DNA from: Planctomycetes bacterium UBA1146
Lineage (GTDB): Bacteria > Planctomycetota > UBA8108 > UBA1146
Length of the DNA stretch: 64,000 nucleotides
Reading direction: 5' to 3'
Assembly (NCBI GenBank): GCA_002311345.1
Contig: DCAA01000043.1
Location: forward strand, 6,177-70,176
Notes under the pieces: model-generated
The model's database searches: none
Told to the model about the DNA's origin: nothing
The model's input: the letters and a program-made list of their open reading frames with translations, nothing else
In this document: positions 9,947 to 19,529 of the stretch, piece after piece
Numbering within the stretch: position 1 is the stretch's first letter
Layout: the number at the start of each line of letters is the position of its first letter
Made by a program: the position numbers and the translations under genes

Positions 9947-10423
9947 TCAGGAATCTACGCCGATACGGACGATCAGTCGCGTCACGTAATTCTCGCCCTT
10001 TTTATCCGGCATTCTCTTGATGAGTACTTCGGCGTACTCGCCGGATTTACGGTACCGGATGTGTTGCTCACCGAAATCATCTTCAGTCGATACAAATTCC
10101 CAACCATGAAGCGGCATCTGATGCTTGTACCATGAACTGAGTTCGATGACGGGGCGATCTCCCCAGTAGATCACCTCGACGGTCCTCATCGGCAACGGGG
10201 CGTGTTCGAACTTGAGATAGGACCAGGATTCGTCATCGAGTTCGAACCCGAATGGCGCAGGAATATCGTCGGGTTGGTGTCCTTCGACAACGGGGATGGA
10301 ATCCTCGATCGGAACAAGCCCCTGACACCCGGTCAGGGAAACGCTGATTGCTGTACCAATCAGTACCAGCCATGCGAGGGGAAACGTTTTTTCATGACTG
10401 ATCCGAGCCTCAGGCAAGCACAT
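9947..10423 (-). CDS. Hypothetical lipoprotein
   Basis: The signal peptide ends in a lipobox-like LTGC. The likely ATG start is at 10423 (MCLPEAR...). Confidence 0.45.
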   Translation of the reverse strand: MCLPEARISHEKTFPLAWLVLIGTAISVSLTGCQGLVPIEDSIPVVEGHQPDDIPAPFGFELDDESWSYLKFEHAPLPMRTVEVIYWGDRPVIELSSWYKHQMPLHGWEFVSTEDDFGEQHIRYRKSGEYAEVLIKRMPDKKGENYVTRLIVRIGVDS

Positions 10424-10598
10424 CCAGGACCTCCTGCTCATTGCGGGGGCTTTGTTCGAGCACGACTTTCTCCCGTCGGTTGCCCCCGTCGGTTCGCGCA
10501 GCATAATCCCCACACGCTCCGGAGGCGAGTCCTCGACCCTTGCTCAGGATTACTCCATCCAGGAGTCGGAGGGAACCCAATTGCTTCAACTGAGTTGG

Positions 10599-11918
10599 AT
10601 GATCCGACGATCTCTGGCCGGTGCTGGAGCGGAACTGGTCCGACACCCCTGGCGTACCGTATTGATCTGTCAGGGAATTCTGTGGGCTGTGGCGCTGATG
10701 GTGGCTCCCGCCTCGATTCTCCAGGGATCCCGCCAGGCTGCCCTCGAGCGGGCGCACCAACTGGGCACCGACCGCATCCAGGTCGAGGTGGAGCCGGGCG
10801 CCACATCGGTGCTCGAGGTCGAGGATCTCAGTCGTCTCCGTGACGCTCTCGCCAGCGATTATTCCGCAACGATCGTCAGTGGTCAGGGTATCCGCCGAAC
10901 TATCATCGAGGGGGACGAACGGATACGTGGCTGGATCGTCGCGACCGATCAGGAAGAATTTTCGGCTCGGTCGCTGGAACTGATCGACGGGCGCTGGTTC
11001 AAGCCAGGGATGAATCCGCCGGAGGTCGTTTTCGAGGAGCCGCTGGCACGTCGACTCTTCTCCGATGCGGAGGACAGTTTCCCGCTCGATGATGCACGAT
11101 TGTGGATCGCCCCGGGTCGGTCCGGATCGTGGCTCGCCGGAATCTCCAAAGTCACCGACGAACTCCCAGAGTCGGCAAGGATCTGGAAGGTGGTGGGAGT
11201 CATCCGGTCTGCAGGGGAATCGGGCATCAATCCGCTCGGCTTTGGTGAGGATCATCGATTTGCTAACCTGGTCGAGGGAGTTCTCAAGATGCTCGGGGTT
11301 GCCTCCGAATCCGCTCCCTGGTTGAGGGACGGCATGGCAATGCATCTGGATCGCGAGAACTTCGATGCAGCGCCAGTCGACTGGATCGTCATTTCTACCG
11401 ATCCGATGCAGGTGACGGAAGTGAGCCATCTGGTCGAAAACACCCTCATCGAGAGGGGGCGCACTCCGCTGGTCTATGCCAACGCGGCCTGGTCGATCCT
11501 GGCGAGTCCCGAACTGGATGGATATCTCGTCCTCCATGATGTCTTCTTCGCGATCACTGCGGTGATCGGATGGCTGGTTCTCACGAACCTGCTGCTGTTG
11601 ACAGGCCGCCAACGACGAGCCGAGGTCGGGTTGCGTCGCGCCGAAGGGGCCAGCAGGGCGGACATCTTCTGGCAGTTCCTGTGGGAGGGTGTGTTCATCT
11701 CGCTGCTGGGAGCGATCCTCGGTGCTCTGGCCGGAGTTGCCTTCGCAACATTGCGTGTGACGCTGGATCCGTCAGCGGTGCTCGCTGCCTCCTGGCCGTG
11801 GAATACCATCTTCGAGTCGATGCTGATCGTCATCGTGGGTGCGGCGCTGGCGTCTGCAGGTCCTGCCTGGGCCGTCAGCGGCACCGATCCTGCTCTGCTG
11901 CTGAGGGAGGGTCGATGA
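10599..11918 (+). CDS. ABC transporter permease, FtsX/MacB-LolC family
   Basis: An N-terminal TM is followed by a large periplasmic domain and a C-terminal FtsX-type 3-TM domain. I chose the ATG at 10599 over the ORF-track TTG at 10452. Confidence 0.75.
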   Translation: MIRRSLAGAGAELVRHPWRTVLICQGILWAVALMVAPASILQGSRQAALERAHQLGTDRIQVEVEPGATSVLEVEDLSRLRDALASDYSATIVSGQGIRRTIIEGDERIRGWIVATDQEEFSARSLELIDGRWFKPGMNPPEVVFEEPLARRLFSDAEDSFPLDDARLWIAPGRSGSWLAGISKVTDELPESARIWKVVGVIRSAGESGINPLGFGEDHRFANLVEGVLKMLGVASESAPWLRDGMAMHLDRENFDAAPVDWIVISTDPMQVTEVSHLVENTLIERGRTPLVYANAAWSILASPELDGYLVLHDVFFAITAVIGWLVLTNLLLLTGRQRRAEVGLRRAEGASRADIFWQFLWEGVFISLLGAILGALAGVAFATLRVTLDPSAVLAASWPWNTIFESMLIVIVGAALASAGPAWAVSGTDPALLLREGR

Positions 11919-13189
11919 TGATCCAGCTCGTGAGGCACCTGCTGAATGCCTGTCAGCGCATCCGCCGGCATCCGCTTCGATCGGGACTTCTCGCTCTGAC
12001 CTTTGCCCTCGGCCTGTCATCGGTGGTCTCCATCGTGGGCACCATCGAGGGAGGAAGAACAGCGATCCGGCATGACCTGACCGCTCTGGGTACTGATCTG
12101 ATCGCCATGGTCAATCCACTTCGGCTCGGCAGTGTAGCGATCGGGATACCGACCAGTGGAGAGCCGATCGGTAGAGAACATCTGGTGACCATCGATGAGC
12201 GGCTGTCAGCGATCACCGATTCGGTCTCGCCACTGCGAGTCGATCTCGGCTTGACCAGTTACGGAGCGATTTCCTGGCGACACACCATGGTTGCGACCAC
12301 TCCCGGTTTTCGTTCTGTATTGCGCCCAGGAATGCTGGAGGGAAGATTCCTCGCCGACGAGGACCATTGGCCCGAGAACGAAGAAGATGTGGTTCCCGCC
12401 GCCATCGATGAGGCACTGGCAGCAAAGTTTTTCACTGATCCAAAGGAGGCTCTCGGTGTGGAGTTTCGTTCGATCCGGGAGGGGAAGGCTTTCACCTCGC
12501 GGATCATTGGTGTGGTCGAAGATCCGCTGCTGCTACGAAAACACATGAGTTCGTTCGATGCGACTTCCCGTGCCCGATCGATTCCCGCTCGCAGGCTCGA
12601 GTTTCTCAACCTGTATCTGCCCTGGCGACCCGCCGTGGATGTGCCCACGCTCGTACTGATAGATTCTCCTACGGTGGATGATGTCGACTCGGTGCTGAAG
12701 GAGGTGCGAGCGCTGGTCGAGGAAGAGGGGCTGGGTGTCTACATCCACGTGCAGAAGCAGTGGACCGCAATGGTGCTGGAGATCATCGATCGATTCAGTG
12801 GACTGGGCCACTTCATCTGGGTGCTCGATCTGGTGGTGGTCCTGATCCTCACCGGAACCATCTCACTGCTGGCCATCGAGGAGAGCATCGAGGAGGTCGC
12901 GATCCGGAGGGTCGAAGGAGCGACGATCCTGGCAGTCGTGATGCCGGTCTTGCTCGAGGGAGGGATGCTGGCGCTGCTGGCGATGGGACCGGGAATCTAC
13001 CTGGGAATCTTGATCCTGGAAGATGGCATCGAGCCGGTTCTGGGCTGGTCCACGTCGCTGCCTGCGAAGACGGTCGCAGGAACTTGTCTGGCGCTGCTGG
13101 CGACGTCGATTCTTGCTTCCATACTTCCAGCAATACGTGTGGCAAAACTGGAACCGGCTTCGGTTCTTGGCAAGAGACGCGATCTCTGA
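11915..13189 (+). CDS. ABC transporter permease, FtsX/MacB-LolE family (second permease)
   Basis: The start MMIQLVRHLLNAC has its ATG overlapping the upstream stop (ATGA), and the topology matches that of the preceding gene. The ORF-track N-terminal extension from 11570 is discounted. Confidence 0.75.
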   Translation: MMIQLVRHLLNACQRIRRHPLRSGLLALTFALGLSSVVSIVGTIEGGRTAIRHDLTALGTDLIAMVNPLRLGSVAIGIPTSGEPIGREHLVTIDERLSAITDSVSPLRVDLGLTSYGAISWRHTMVATTPGFRSVLRPGMLEGRFLADEDHWPENEEDVVPAAIDEALAAKFFTDPKEALGVEFRSIREGKAFTSRIIGVVEDPLLLRKHMSSFDATSRARSIPARRLEFLNLYLPWRPAVDVPTLVLIDSPTVDDVDSVLKEVRALVEEEGLGVYIHVQKQWTAMVLEIIDRFSGLGHFIWVLDLVVVLILTGTISLLAIEESIEEVAIRRVEGATILAVVMPVLLEGGMLALLAMGPGIYLGILILEDGIEPVLGWSTSLPAKTVAGTCLALLATSILASILPAIRVAKLEPASVLGKRRDL

Positions 13190-13244
13190 GCGGTTGCGGC
13201 ACCGTCTTGGCTGTTGCAGTTTGGCACTCGGGAGGATGACCTAG

Positions 13245-13907
13245 ATGATCGTTCAGATGCAGAATATCCGGAGGATTTTCGGAGAAGGAGCCGCGCGAGT
13301 GGTTGCGCTCGACGGTATCGATCTCTCCATCGACCCCGGTGAATTCATCGCGATCATCGGCGCCTCGGGAAGCGGTAAGAGCACCCTCCTGCAAATCCTC
13401 GGTTGTCTCGATCGTGCCGACGAAGGCTCGTTCTTTCTCGATGGCAGGGACGTTCAGTCCCTGTCGGGATCGGAGATGGCACGTGTGCGCAACGAAACCA
13501 TCGGATTCGTGTTCCAGTCCTTTCATCTGCTCGGTGATCGAGATGCCCTCGAAAACGTCTCTCTTCCGCTCGAGTATCGCAGGGGGGCAGTCTCATCTAC
13601 CCGGCCCAGGGAAGTTCTGGAACGGGTGGGCCTTCTCGACAGGATCACCCACCGGCCCTCTCAATTGAGCGCGGGAGAAAGGCAGCGGGTCGCCATCGCC
13701 AGAGCACTGGTGAAGGAACCCAGGATGGTTCTCTGTGATGAGCCAACAGGAAACCTCGACAGCGATAGTGGTGATCAGGTTCTCGATCTGCTCTCGGAAT
13801 TACGAGATGAACTGAACACGACCCTGGTTCTCGTGACCCATGATCTTCAGGTTGCACGAAGAGCAGATCGAGTTCTGACCCTCAAGGATGGTCGGTGGCA
13901 CGCTTGA
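13245..13907 (+). CDS. ABC transporter ATP-binding protein (LolD/MacB-type)
   Basis: Walker A GASGSGKSTLL, signature LSAGERQRVAIARAL, Walker B LCDEPTGNLD. Confidence 0.85.
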   Translation: MIVQMQNIRRIFGEGAARVVALDGIDLSIDPGEFIAIIGASGSGKSTLLQILGCLDRADEGSFFLDGRDVQSLSGSEMARVRNETIGFVFQSFHLLGDRDALENVSLPLEYRRGAVSSTRPREVLERVGLLDRITHRPSQLSAGERQRVAIARALVKEPRMVLCDEPTGNLDSDSGDQVLDLLSELRDELNTTLVLVTHDLQVARRADRVLTLKDGRWHA

Positions 13908-14896
13908 GAGTCTGGGGAGTGCTGTTACTCCTGCTGATCGGTTGCGGTGGGGAGGACACCCGGACCGTCACCATCTACTGTTCCCATGACCGTGCCCATT
14001 CCCAGAAGATCCTCGATCTCTTCGAACGGGCCACGGGGATCGAGGTGGAGGCGGTTTTTGATACCGAAGCGACCAAGACGGTTGGACTGGTGCAACGGGT
14101 GCGCGGTGAGAAGGCCAGGCCTCGGTGTGACGTCCACTGGTCCAACGAGCCGCTACATGCAGTGCGCCTGGCCGCCGATGGGTTCTACGATGTCTTGCCA
14201 CTCGGTGCAGGAGAGGGAATCCCAGCCGAATGGCGTGATCCTGATCGGCTCTGGTGTGGATTTGCTGGTAGGGTCCGGGTGCTGGCTCTGGCACCGGAGA
14301 CGAAGGCGATCGACTCGCCGCCCCGACAACTCAGCGATCTCGCCATGGAACAGTGGCGAGGTCGTGTCGCCATCGCGGATCCGAGATTCGGAACCACGGC
14401 AAGCCACCTGGCCATCGTGCGCAGTCGCATCGGACCCGATCGCTACCGACAACTTCTCGAATCTTTACGAGCAAACGATGTCCAGATGGTGTCCTCCAAC
14501 TCCAGTAGCCGGGATCGTGTCCTCTCGGGAGAAGTCTGGATCGGATTGACAGATACCGACGACATCGAGGTGGTGCGACGCAGAGGGGCATCTCTCGGAG
14601 AGGAATTCCTGCGCGGAGATGGAGTTCTCCTGCTTCCCAACGTGATCGCAATCATCAAGGGCGCACCGCACCCGGAGGAAGCAAGGGAACTGGCGCAGTG
14701 GTTGCTGAAGAAGGAAGTAGAGGAATTGCTGGCGGCGTCATCGAGTCGTCAGGTTCCGTTGCGAAGGGAAGCCCTGGTCCCGCCAACTGGCCTTACCATC
14801 GCCGAACTCGATCCGGTGGAGGTTGATTGGAACGATGCGGCCTCACAGTTAGCCGAGGCGATCCGGGAGGCAGAGAGGATCTTGCTGGACCATTGA
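13895..14896 (+). CDS. ABC transporter periplasmic substrate-binding lipoprotein (Fe3+/thiamine/polyamine-type SBP)
   Basis: The signal peptide contains LLIGCGG. The fold resembles FbpA/AfuA-like binding proteins. A GTG or TTG start overlaps the upstream stop. Confidence 0.6.
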   Translation: MARLRVWGVLLLLLIGCGGEDTRTVTIYCSHDRAHSQKILDLFERATGIEVEAVFDTEATKTVGLVQRVRGEKARPRCDVHWSNEPLHAVRLAADGFYDVLPLGAGEGIPAEWRDPDRLWCGFAGRVRVLALAPETKAIDSPPRQLSDLAMEQWRGRVAIADPRFGTTASHLAIVRSRIGPDRYRQLLESLRANDVQMVSSNSSSRDRVLSGEVWIGLTDTDDIEVVRRRGASLGEEFLRGDGVLLLPNVIAIIKGAPHPEEARELAQWLLKKEVEELLAASSSRQVPLRREALVPPTGLTIAELDPVEVDWNDAASQLAEAIREAERILLDH

Positions 14897-16377
14897 AGAA
14901 GCGACAAATTGGAGCCTTCTGGGCACTACTTCCGGTGCTGATCGGGTTCTACTTCCCGGTCATCTCCATGATGATCCACGATGGCCTGTTCGAGGCTGTT
15001 GCTGGTGAATTTGGAGGTTCAAGTTCGAGCCAATCGGTGATTCTGACGACCGTTCGGATCGCCACAATGTCAGCGGTTCTGGCGACCCTGGTCGGGCTCC
15101 TCGATGCAGTGCTGCTGGCCGGGACCAGAGGACCGGCTCGGGTACTCATCGCGGGGATGCTGCTGGCGACCTTCCTCATTCCACCGGCGGCGCTCGCATC
15201 TGCAGTGCAAGGTGTGATCGGATCATCGACATTGCGGGCCACTATCCGCGACGAACTCGGCGCAGTGTGTATGCTTGCTTTTCGCTGGGCACCGGTGGCC
15301 TGTGCGATGCTTCTGGGGGCTGCGGTGCTGTGGCCGGTGCAACAGGAAAGGGCTCTGCGTGGATTGTCTCCGCGCGTCGCCCTTTTTGTGCGAGCGCGAT
15401 GTCTAATGCCACAGGCACTGAGATGCGTGGGGTTACTGGTACTTCTTCTCATCTCGGCGTCGGAGTTACCTTCTTACGCTGGTGTCGAAACGATCTCCCA
15501 ACGTGTTCATGCACGCCTGACGGTTGGAGATGCTGCAGAAGGTTGGCAACTTGCCCTCGGGATGCTGGTCGCTGTTGCGCCTGTTCTCTTGTTTCTGGTC
15601 TGGAAATTACCCCGGTCAGATCGATCGCAGTGGGGGGGAACCGTCACCGGGTTACCGCGTCTGCGCGGGGTCGACCTGCTGCTCGTGATCCGGTCCATTC
15701 CGGTACTGGCACTGGTCTTCATCCTGGCGGTCACTGCCTGGCCCCGAGCCAGCGAAATGGCGGTCGCTGGATCAGAATTTATCGATGGCGTTGTCGGTAT
15801 TTTTCAGGAACTCCCTCGTGCGTTCATCGCGTCTTCCATCGCCGTGATTTGCGGTTGGCGACTCGCCGATGGGGGACATAGATGGGGCCTGCTGTTGCTC
15901 TGCTTGCCCACGGTCTTGCCCAGTAGCCTGGGTGCCCTCGCGCTGCTACATGTGGTGAGGCCGACGCTGCCACTGGTCCTCGACGATCTCCCCATCCTGC
16001 TGACTCTGGCGCAGACCTGCAAACTGGGCGCTGTCGGTGCTGCGGCAGGGCTTGTCGCATCGAGGGTGATTCCGTTATCCGAATCGAACTCATCTCGACT
16101 CCTTGCCCCTGTAACCGGACGCTGGAGGGTTCGATTTCCCCGGGCTCTGCCGGTATTACTGCCTGCTGTGGTGATCGGGGTGGCTCTGGTGATGGGCGAG
16201 GTGGAAGCGACCTTGTTGATGGCTCCTCCAGGGCATCCTTCCCCGGCGCTGGAACTGCATCAGTTGTTGCACTTCCGTAACGACGAACAAGCGGCGAGGA
16301 TTGCCCTGTTACTGGCCCTTGTCGGTTCGATGCTGGCTGCCATCGTGGTGGCCCCTCTGCGGAGAAAGGACAAATGA
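14893..16377 (+). CDS. ABC transporter permease, duplicated-domain type (FbpB/ThiP-like)
   Basis: It is about 12-TM hydrophobic throughout. A TTG start overlaps the binding protein's TGA stop (TTGA). Confidence 0.6.
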   Translation: MKKRQIGAFWALLPVLIGFYFPVISMMIHDGLFEAVAGEFGGSSSSQSVILTTVRIATMSAVLATLVGLLDAVLLAGTRGPARVLIAGMLLATFLIPPAALASAVQGVIGSSTLRATIRDELGAVCMLAFRWAPVACAMLLGAAVLWPVQQERALRGLSPRVALFVRARCLMPQALRCVGLLVLLLISASELPSYAGVETISQRVHARLTVGDAAEGWQLALGMLVAVAPVLLFLVWKLPRSDRSQWGGTVTGLPRLRGVDLLLVIRSIPVLALVFILAVTAWPRASEMAVAGSEFIDGVVGIFQELPRAFIASSIAVICGWRLADGGHRWGLLLLCLPTVLPSSLGALALLHVVRPTLPLVLDDLPILLTLAQTCKLGAVGAAAGLVASRVIPLSESNSSRLLAPVTGRWRVRFPRALPVLLPAVVIGVALVMGEVEATLLMAPPGHPSPALELHQLLHFRNDEQAARIALLLALVGSMLAAIVVAPLRRKDK

Positions 16378-17003
16378 CGCAAGCCAACCATCCGGCTCTG
16401 GAAGTGGCAGATCTGATCGTGATCCGAGGAACTCATTCCATCGGTCCGATTACGTTCCAGTTATCGATTGGTAAACAGCTCGCCCTCACCGGGGGAAACG
16501 GGATCGGCAAGAGCAGTATGCTGCTAGCGATCGCCGGATTGCTTCCGGTGACTTCGGGAACGATTCGGATCTCAGGGGAGTCGATGCTTTCGGGATCGGA
16601 CGGGGTGGAACCATGGCAAAGAGGCATCTCCTGGCTGGGGCAGGAACGTGGTCTCTGGCCCCATCTTTCCATCGAAGCACAGTGCCGACTGGTGGCTCGA
16701 GATGGAGGGAAGACGGCTGAACAGATCGTGGCCGTGGCACAGTCGCTCGACATGGCTGAACTCATCCAGCGTCGACCGGCGGCTCTCTCCGGTGGTGAAG
16801 CGCAGCGAGCTGAACTACTGCGAACGGTCTCTGGAGGTGGAGCATTGCTCCTTCTCGACGAACCCTTCTCTGCTCAGAACGAGGATGGCAGACGTCGAAT
16901 CGAGACCCTTCTCGAGCAGGAATGTCAGGCGGGGAGATCTGTTCTTCTGGCATTGCATCAGACGGACTCAGAGCGAGAGACACTGACTCTGACCCAGAAC
17001 TAG
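16374..17003 (+). CDS. ABC transporter ATP-binding protein (short, no C-terminal regulatory domain)
   Basis: Walker A TGGNGIGKSS, signature LSGGEAQR, Walker B LLLDEPFS. The start ATG overlaps the permease stop (ATGA). Confidence 0.7.
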   Translation: MTQANHPALEVADLIVIRGTHSIGPITFQLSIGKQLALTGGNGIGKSSMLLAIAGLLPVTSGTIRISGESMLSGSDGVEPWQRGISWLGQERGLWPHLSIEAQCRLVARDGGKTAEQIVAVAQSLDMAELIQRRPAALSGGEAQRAELLRTVSGGGALLLLDEPFSAQNEDGRRRIETLLEQECQAGRSVLLALHQTDSERETLTLTQN

Positions 17004-17006
17004 CAT

Positions 17007-17732
17007 CTAGTCGTGGAACTTCCCGTCGATCATCGAGAGCAGTCGATCAGCGCGATTGGCCAGATCCGGGTCGTGAGTGACCACCAGGATCGAGGTGCCG
17101 AGTTCTTCGTGCAGTTCCCTCAGCAGTGTATGGATGCTTTCGCTGTTTCGTGTATCGAGGTTCCCGGTCGGTTCGTCACACAATAGTAGCCGTGGGTTGT
17201 TGATCAGTGCCCGTGCAATGGCGACTCGTTGACGCTCTCCGCCAGAAAGGGTGCCGGGTGCCTGGCGCGCTCTTCCCTCGAGGTCTACTCGCTGGAGCAA
17301 TTCACGAGCTCGCGTTTCTACCTTGCTCCGCTTTTTTCTCCACTGGCTCGATGTGCAACTGACGATGGAAGGGAGCATGACATTCTCCAAGACATCCAGA
17401 TCGTTGAGAAGATGAAAGAACTGAAAGACGAAACCGATAAAGCGGTTTCTGAGATCACAGCGGTTCTGTTCGGATATACCTGGAGACTGCCAGGTCGATT
17501 CTCCATCTCTGTAGATGAGTTCACCGCAAGTAGGAGTGTCGAGAAGCCCGATGCAGTGGAGCAAGGTGCTCTTTCCGACACCGCTCAGTCCCCGGACGGC
17601 TACCATCTCCGATTCATATATCTCGAGATCGATGCCCCGTAACACCTCGAGGGTCTTGTCCCCGGCGAGGGTGAAATCTCGTTGCAGGTTCCGGGCGATG
17701 AGCACCGGCAGGGAGGGAATGGGATCATTCAT
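17007..17732 (-). CDS. ABC transporter ATP-binding protein, LolD-like
   Basis: GLSGVGKSTLLH, LSGGERQRVAIARAL and LLLCDEPTGNLD motifs. Confidence 0.85.
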   Translation of the reverse strand: MNDPIPSLPVLIARNLQRDFTLAGDKTLEVLRGIDLEIYESEMVAVRGLSGVGKSTLLHCIGLLDTPTCGELIYRDGESTWQSPGISEQNRCDLRNRFIGFVFQFFHLLNDLDVLENVMLPSIVSCTSSQWRKKRSKVETRARELLQRVDLEGRARQAPGTLSGGERQRVAIARALINNPRLLLCDEPTGNLDTRNSESIHTLLRELHEELGTSILVVTHDPDLANRADRLLSMIDGKFHD

Positions 17733-19131
17733 GATGCAGTGCCTTGATCGGATCGCGTCGACCAGCCCACTGCGCCGGGAAGAAACTGCCGAGGAAGCCG
17801 AAAACTAGTGTCGGGACGCAGACCAGAGCGACATCCTCCCAGCGCAGGAGTGCAGGGATTCGTTCGAGGTAATAGATGTCGGGAGGAAACAGTTGAAGTC
17901 CCGTCAAATCGCGGATTGTATCGTGGACATAGTTGATGTTCTCGACCAACAGCCAGCCGCCGAGCAGGCCCAGGATGGTTCCCGTGATACAGAGCAACAT
18001 ACCCTGGCGTAGCACCAGCAGAACCACTCCATTTCTGGAAGCTCCGAGGGCACGCAGTACCCCCAGATCGCGGTTTTTTTCGATCACCAGCAACATCAAG
18101 ATGAGGAAGATCATGGCCGCAGCGAAGGCAACGATCAGGAGCATCATGACGGCGATAATTCGTTTTTCGATCTCTACCGCCTGGAGCAAATTTTCTCGTT
18201 GATTCTCCCAGGTCAGCACTTCACTGGGACGCCACGGGATGGCAGTTTCATCGATAGTGGAAAGTTCCATTCTGCGGGAGATCTCTGCCTCGATCTGTTG
18301 TTTGGCGACCGCGGCGAGCGAGTAGTCCTCGAGGCGAACGGATACGCCGCTGATCCTCATGTCCTGTGCTTCTTCATCCCATAGATCGAGCATCTCCTGG
18401 AGGGCACGAATGTCGGCATATGCCCACCTTTGATCCTGCTCGTAGACTCCTGATTGAAATGCACCGACCACTATGAATTTGCCGGTACACGGTTCGAAGG
18501 TGACCGGAGAGTAGGAGGAGAGCTGGACCACATCGCCCATCGCCAGTCGCCCACTGCGTAGGGCCTCGATGCCCACCACGAGTGCTTGTGGTGGAGATTC
18601 CTCATCGAACCCTTCACCTTTTCCCTTCCAGCGAAGGATCAGCCGCCTTCTTTCCAGCGAGAAGGTGTTGTCGATCTCTTCAGCACTACTGGGTAGGCGG
18701 TCATCAGGAAGCAATTTGTAGGGATCTGCCAGCAACTCATCGATTTCTTTATTATCGAGCAAGTAGAGGCCCAGATCGGTGACTTCAGATTCTTGAACAG
18801 GTTCGATTCCGCGCACCAGGCAGTGGTCGAGCCGGGTGACCTTGTAGATCGCCAGGGTTTCGACAAAAGGGCTGGCTGCTAGGACTCCCGGCTGCGAGCG
18901 AATTGTCTCGAGGATCTGATCCTCACCGACCAGACCCTGCAGCGCTCCTCCCTTGACTACCAGGTGAGAGAGACTGCCGCGGATCCGTTCGCGCATCTCG
19001 AGTTTGAAGCCTTCCATCACCGCCAGTACGGAGATCAGCGAGAAGACACCCAGTGCGACCGCAATGGCTGCAGTCCACGGAGCCCAGCGACGGCGGAGGT
19101 ATCGTCTTGTCAGGAAACTGTGGTATTGCAA
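17725..19131 (-). CDS. ABC transporter permease, LolC/LolE/MacB-like (FtsX family)
   Basis: It has 4 TM helices with a large periplasmic domain and an FtsX C-terminal domain. It overlaps the ATPase gene by 8 nt. Confidence 0.75.
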   Translation of the reverse strand: MQYHSFLTRRYLRRRWAPWTAAIAVALGVFSLISVLAVMEGFKLEMRERIRGSLSHLVVKGGALQGLVGEDQILETIRSQPGVLAASPFVETLAIYKVTRLDHCLVRGIEPVQESEVTDLGLYLLDNKEIDELLADPYKLLPDDRLPSSAEEIDNTFSLERRRLILRWKGKGEGFDEESPPQALVVGIEALRSGRLAMGDVVQLSSYSPVTFEPCTGKFIVVGAFQSGVYEQDQRWAYADIRALQEMLDLWDEEAQDMRISGVSVRLEDYSLAAVAKQQIEAEISRRMELSTIDETAIPWRPSEVLTWENQRENLLQAVEIEKRIIAVMMLLIVAFAAAMIFLILMLLVIEKNRDLGVLRALGASRNGVVLLVLRQGMLLCITGTILGLLGGWLLVENINYVHDTIRDLTGLQLFPPDIYYLERIPALLRWEDVALVCVPTLVFGFLGSFFPAQWAGRRDPIKALHHE

Positions 19132-19529
19132 TCAAACTCCAGGATTCGAGACCCCTTCGATCTACCCTTACGTGGGGACGTTTGCAAGCGGGGTTTCAAT
19201 TCCGGGGGATCTCGCAACGTCTTTTCTAGGAAAGACTTGTCTTGGAAACGACGAGAAAATCTCGATTCCATGATTCGCTGTGGGGGGCCAAAACAACAGG
19301 GTAGAATACACGGTGCCCGTCGGGGGGACCATGAGGGCAACTGGATCAACCAGGCGTTCTTCCACCTGTCCCGTGGAATACTCGTTTCCCCCACCAGCAA
19401 AGTCGAATTGTGATTCGGCATCGCCAGTTTCTTCTTTTCGGAGCGAGTTCAGGTAGGAGACTTGATCTCTTTGGTGATTGGAGTCTCTGATCTGCGAATC
19501 GCAGGTCAGTTCCTCTCCGCGGTCTGGAT

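Noticed and set aside
11570-11918. ORF-track N-terminal extension of the second FtsX permease (11570–13189), overlapping the first permease by 348 nt
   Set aside because: The extension is Arg/Gly-rich and low complexity and is read from the other frame of a gene with clear FtsX homology. The ATG at 11915 overlaps the upstream stop (ATGA) and begins a typical permease N-terminus (MMIQLVRHLLNAC...).
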